A DNA stretch of 64,000 bases from an uncultured Acidobacteriota bacterium. GTDB lineage: Bacteria > Acidobacteriota > UBA6911. This document shows positions 59,855-64,000 of the stretch, piece by piece. The position numbers and the translations under genes are program-made. The DNA is taken from contig CAWEJX010000012.1 in NCBI GenBank assembly GCA_963809485.1, positions 224,001 to 288,000 on the forward strand, in the 5' to 3' direction. The notes beneath the pieces were generated by a model. The model was not told the origin of the DNA. It was given only the letters and a program-made list of their open reading frames with translations, and did no database searches. Within the stretch, counting starts at the first letter, position 1. Every line of letters starts with the position of its first letter.

Positions 59855-61891
59855 TCAGCAGGACTCACGATACCCGAGAACCATCATCGTGATGTCATCG
59901 TGCTGGGGAGTATTTGCGGAAAATGCCAGCACGGCCTCCTGCAGGCGAGCCAGGATCTCCGGCGCGCCTGCCCGGGCATTGTCCCGCAGCAGGGATACTA
60001 CGCGGTCGATGCCGAATTCCTCTCCCGAGACATTGAGCGCTTCGACAACGCCATCCGTGAACAGGACCAGGTGATCGTCGGGCTGGAGTCTGACGGTAGC
60101 AGCCTCGTACTGCACTCCGGGAAAGAGGCCCAGGACCATTCCGCCGACCGTCAGCTCCTTCATCGAGCCGTCCCGGCTCAGAAGAAAGGGTGGATTGTGA
60201 CCGGCATTGACATACGTGCAGTTGCCTTCAGGATCCAGAATACCGAAGAAAAAGGTTACGAAGCGATTCCCGGTCCCTCGGCGCACCAGAGAGCGGTTGA
60301 CGCTGCTGATAATGTCAGGAAGCGGAGATTCAAAGAGCGTTTGGCCGGAAAAGATCCCCTGGATCAGGGAAGCCAGGAGAGCCGCGGGCATTCCCTTGCC
60401 GGCAACGTCTCCCACGGCAAAGCCTAATCGCCGGCCTTCGAGTTCGAAGTAGTCAAAGTAATCGCCGCCGATTTGATAGCAGGGGATGCTTCGGCTGCAG
60501 GCGCGGGCATATTCCGTTTGCCGGTTCGGGTCAGGAAGCAGCGACTGCTGGATCTCGTGGGCAAGCACCAGTTGCTCTTCCATCCTGCGTTTGTCCTGAG
60601 AATCCTTATAAAGCTGGGCGTTGTAGATTGCCATCGCGGCCTCGGATGCGAGGGTTTCCAGAGCATCGACCCGCATATTCGACATTCCGGCGCCGACATT
60701 TGCGCTGTCCACATAAAGGACCCCGATGTTTTCAGCGCGACCGATAGCCGACAGGTTGCTGGATTCATGGACCGTGAGATAACGCAGTGGAACACAGGAA
60801 ATGCTGCGCAATCCCAGCTGGCGGGTGAAGTTGTGATTTTCAGCCGCCTCCCCGAAATCCAGGTCTTTGATGACAACCGGGCGGCCGGTTTTGAACACTT
60901 CGTGAGGAACGCGCTGGCTGGTCTGGAAGCAGGATCCGTCCAGAGGACGTTTATGATTGTTGCGCGCGCAGCGGAAACTTAATTCTCCCCCCGGCTCCCT
61001 GAGCATTATAAAGCCGCGCTCGGCCCCGGTCAGCTCGATGGCCGTGTCCACAACCAGGGCAAGAAGGTCGTCCAGCACAGGGATGGAGCTGAGGGCGCGG
61101 AATGCGGCGAACAGCTTCCCGACATCTTTAAATCCCCGGACCGATAGCCCGATATCGTCGCCCGTAACAGAGCTGGCCAGAAGCGATTGAAGGAGGTCTC
61201 CCGTGTGAAAGGCAAGGCTTATCCCATCGGGTCCGCCGAGCTGAACCCGATCCCCATCCTTCAGCCTGGCCTGTTCCACCCGAACACCATTCAGATAGGT
61301 CCCGAGCTTGCTGCCAAGATCATGCAGCCCGTACTCCCCATCCTGGACCAGGACTTCGGCGTGAGAGCGCGAAACGCCCATCTGCCCCAGCACAAGATTG
61401 TTGGCCGACCCGCGCCCGATCGTGAACCTGGGAGGCTTAACGGTAGCCCAGCATTCCCTTCCGCCTTCATCAAGGTAAAAGAAGCGGGCTGCCGACGGGG
61501 GATTTGCCTGGATTTCGCGCGACGACATCCTTCTGGCGCTGCGCTGCAAACTGTCATCCAGGGCCTGGCCAGTCAGGGGAAGAAAAAGGATGTCTGCCGC
61601 GCCCGCACGCCAGGCTTCAAGAACAAGGCTCTCCGGCATCCGGTCACACACGAACACAACCGGGACCGAAGGAAAGATTCCCGTGAGCTCTTGCAGCTGG
61701 CGTATTGCGCCGCCATCCGCGGCCGACCGCAGATAGGTCAAATCCACCTTTCGAGACCGCAGCCTCTCCCGGGCCTCGGCAAGGTCTCCGGCAGCGAACA
61801 CCTCCTTGCCCGATCGCGAAAAATGCGCCGAGACAAGGCTCTCTTCGGAGCCAGTCAGTCCAATGAACAGAATGGAATAGTTTTCAGTCAT
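59855..61891 (-). CDS. Receiver-like, FHA, GAF and SpoIIE/PP2C Ser/Thr phosphatase
   Basis: FHA IGR..VSRSHA..DLGSKLGTYLNG; GAF AERGF..GVLYVD; PP2C GGDYFD, GDVAGKG, NAGH, TDG, DDIT. Confidence 0.9.
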   Translation of the reverse strand: MTENYSILFIGLTGSEESLVSAHFSRSGKEVFAAGDLAEARERLRSRKVDLTYLRSAADGGAIRQLQELTGIFPSVPVVFVCDRMPESLVLEAWRAGAADILFLPLTGQALDDSLQRSARRMSSREIQANPPSAARFFYLDEGGRECWATVKPPRFTIGRGSANNLVLGQMGVSRSHAEVLVQDGEYGLHDLGSKLGTYLNGVRVEQARLKDGDRVQLGGPDGISLAFHTGDLLQSLLASSVTGDDIGLSVRGFKDVGKLFAAFRALSSIPVLDDLLALVVDTAIELTGAERGFIMLREPGGELSFRCARNNHKRPLDGSCFQTSQRVPHEVFKTGRPVVIKDLDFGEAAENHNFTRQLGLRSISCVPLRYLTVHESSNLSAIGRAENIGVLYVDSANVGAGMSNMRVDALETLASEAAMAIYNAQLYKDSQDKRRMEEQLVLAHEIQQSLLPDPNRQTEYARACSRSIPCYQIGGDYFDYFELEGRRLGFAVGDVAGKGMPAALLASLIQGIFSGQTLFESPLPDIISSVNRSLVRRGTGNRFVTFFFGILDPEGNCTYVNAGHNPPFLLSRDGSMKELTVGGMVLGLFPGVQYEAATVRLQPDDHLVLFTDGVVEALNVSGEEFGIDRVVSLLRDNARAGAPEILARLQEAVLAFSANTPQHDDITMMVLGYRESC

Positions 61892-62062
61892 GAGTGAACA
61901 CCCGGATAAACAGACCCAAGAAACCTGGCGTGGCTCCCCGGCCACAACATAAGAATCCCTGCAACAAAAGCCGCTGCCGAATCGGAAATCCGGGATGCCG
62001 CAAATGGGCGGGTCCGGACTGTGACAGGCCGCCTCCCGGGATCCGCAAAAGCCGGCGGCGCG

Positions 62063-62488
62063 TCAGAAGCCCGGCTTGGCCTTGAGCACGCCCAGCTGTA
62101 TCAGGATTCCGGTGAAATCGTAGACCCGTGTTTCGTGCGCAATCCTGCCATTCTCAAAGGAAAACAGGAAGGCGCAGCGCATTTCGAACCGCTTCCCGGT
62201 AGGGGCGAGGCCGCAGAAATCGCCTTTCTGGGCCCCGGCCATCTTGATGAACTGCGCCGCCCTATCCCCGTCGATCAGCAGATGCTCGGCGACATACTCC
62301 GCGTCGGGAAAAGACGAAAACCATTGGGCGTAGACGTTTTGAATGGCGCCGCGATCCTTGACCTTTCCCCACAACGGACTGTCCACTTCCCCATCCTCGG
62401 CGTGATCCGCCGCAAGCGCGGCGACGTCGTGGCGCTGCCATGCCGCGTCTCTCCTGGCAAAAAATTCCACGATTTCCTGGCGAGTCAT
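62063..62488 (-). CDS. SnoaL-like ester cyclase family protein
   Basis: SFPD, G..KGDF.GLAPTGKRF, GRI......D; start at ATG 62488 behind AAGGAGG. Confidence 0.82.
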   Translation of the reverse strand: MTRQEIVEFFARRDAAWQRHDVAALAADHAEDGEVDSPLWGKVKDRGAIQNVYAQWFSSFPDAEYVAEHLLIDGDRAAQFIKMAGAQKGDFCGLAPTGKRFEMRCAFLFSFENGRIAHETRVYDFTGILIQLGVLKAKPGF

Positions 62489-62827
62489 GATCCGATCCCT
62501 CCTTGCGCGCAATAAATGCCGCAAATCACAGGGCTGATCTCTGCCCTGCGGTTTGAACCGCATTTCTCCGTGACCAGCCTTCATCGAATCCTGGTTCCGG
62601 CGTCCGTTGATGAATCTGGTTCGAAGATGGATTTCCAGCCGAATGAATTCCGACCTGACCGGATGGACCCGCGACCTGTATGCAGCCCAGCTCCCTGCCG
62701 ATCATGAGGAACAGCGCCTCCACGTCGACCGCTGGTGCAATGCTCTGAAACGCATTTTTTGATACTAATTGATATTGTAATGGAATCATGGGATTAATGA
62801 CAGTCCAGAATGGAAGGCCGCCAGGGA

Positions 62828-62922
62828 AACGCTGACCTGCGCTGACAAAAGCGCTGATATACGCTGAACAACCTATATTTTTTCAGCGTGCGTCCGCGTC
62901 TGTTCAGCGTAGCTCAGCGTTA
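62828..62922. repeat. Inverted arrays of CGCTGA / TCAGCG units
   Basis: Four CGCTGA units about 10 bp apart facing three to four TCAGCG units; related arrays at 53960..53995 and 31693..31725 and inside the MITE-like element. Confidence 0.65.
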
Positions 62923-63068
62923 TTGATTCGGCAGAATTTTGATGAGATCGAGGGCAGGCGCGCTACAATAATTTACGGGGCGGATTTCGGCGCCGTCGGT
63001 TTGAGACGCCTGGATTTGCAGCTGCCTCTTCATCGCATTTCTGACCATCGGTTTCAAGGAGGTTCAAG

Positions 63069-64000
63069 ATGGCACACAGGAAGTTTTACTGTCCCGGGGC
63101 ACTCCTCCTGGCGGCAGTTTTGGCTCTTTTCTGCTCTTCCGCTTCCTCCCAGACGTTCGAGGCCGTCAGGAAGCAGGTCCAAACCCAACTGCTTCCCAAC
63201 GGGATGAAATTCATCGTCCTCGAGCGTCACGGCGCGCCGGTGGCTTCCTTCCATGTCTATGCCGACGTCGGCAGCGCCAACGAATCGTACGGCATCACGG
63301 GCATCTCCCACATTCTCGAGCACATGGCTTTCAAGGGCAGCAAGGCGGTCGGCACCAAAGATTACGCCGCGGAATCGAAAATTCTCGAGCAAATCGATTC
63401 TGTGTACGCATCTCTTCGCAACGAGGAAAGCAAGCCCGAACCCGATCCGGCAAAGGTTGCGGAACTCAGGAAGCAGTTTGCCGGCCTCGAGAAACAGGCC
63501 AAGGAGTATGTCGTCAACAACGAATACTTCGACCTGATGATGCGGGAGGGAGATAACGGAATTAACGCTTACACTTCCAGCGATGCCACGCAATACATCA
63601 ACAGCCTGCCCTCGAACCGGCTCGAATTCTGGATGGCCATGACTTCGGACCGGTTCCTGAACCCTGTGTTCCGTGAATTTTATAAGGAACGCGACGTGAT
63701 CATGGAGGAGCGCAGGATGGGGCTCGAGACCCAGCCCACCGGCAAGCTGGTCGAGGATTTTCTGGCCGTGGCTTTCAAAGCCCACCCGTACCACCACGAG
63801 GTAATCGGGCACATGTCGGACCTGCAGTCGATCATGCGCAGGGATGTCGAGACCTATTTCGCCAGATTTTACGGTCCCAGCAACCTGACGGTCGCCATAG
63901 TCGGCGACGTCCGAGCGGATGAGGTTTTCAGGCTTGCGGAAACCTACTTCTCCAGGATTCCAGGCAGCCCAAAACCTGAGCCGGTCCGCACGCAGGAACC
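63069..64000 (+). CDS. M16 family (pitrilysin-like) peptidase, runs off the window
   Basis: Manual translation from ATG 63069: signal peptide, LPNGMKFIV, VGSANE..G.TG.SHILEHMAFKG (HxxEH); absent from the ORF track because it has no stop in the window. Confidence 0.9.
   Translation, partial: MAHRKFYCPGALLLAAVLALFCSSASSQTFEAVRKQVQTQLLPNGMKFIVLERHGAPVASFHVYADVGSANESYGITGISHILEHMAFKGSKAVGTKDYAAESKILEQIDSVYASLRNEESKPEPDPAKVAELRKQFAGLEKQAKEYVVNNEYFDLMMREGDNGINAYTSSDATQYINSLPSNRLEFWMAMTSDRFLNPVFREFYKERDVIMEERRMGLETQPTGKLVEDFLAVAFKAHPYHHEVIGHMSDLQSIMRRDVETYFARFYGPSNLTVAIVGDVRADEVFRLAETYFSRIPGSPKPEPVRTQE

Overview
Gene-dense, GC-rich bacterial window, most likely Acidobacteriota (inferred from four Oar-type TonB-dependent receptor genes with an N-terminal carboxypeptidase-regulatory-like domain, and from Gly/Pro-rich loops in secreted enzymes). 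In order it holds: an AprA/SdhA-like flavoprotein; a triple-SnoaL protein and a CocE/NonD hydrolase; a sugar/polyol uptake operon (MFS, ABC with two ATPases, Zn-dehydrogenase); a cluster of secreted esterases (two tannase/feruloyl esterases, type-B carboxylesterase, CE1-like esterase, alpha/beta hydrolase) with a DUF3237-like protein and a Tat flavoprotein; vapBC; M13, M1 and M16 peptidases; IclR; an aromatic-acid MFS with an FAD oxidoreductase; and a REC-FHA-GAF-PP2C protein. The most striking part is 38.9-51.9 kb, a tandemly amplified cassette of TonB receptors and Tat-exported double-cupin proteins. It shows reciprocal gene loss between copies, and a conserved, probably structured 5' leader precedes all three receptor starts. 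Also found: a shared palindromic operator in two divergent promoters, a three-copy IS200/IS605-like non-autonomous element, and several short intergenic repeat families. Many genes carry single-base frameshifts that look like long-read assembly errors. No rRNA, tRNA or CRISPR array was seen. All family calls come from motifs recognised by eye, not database searches.
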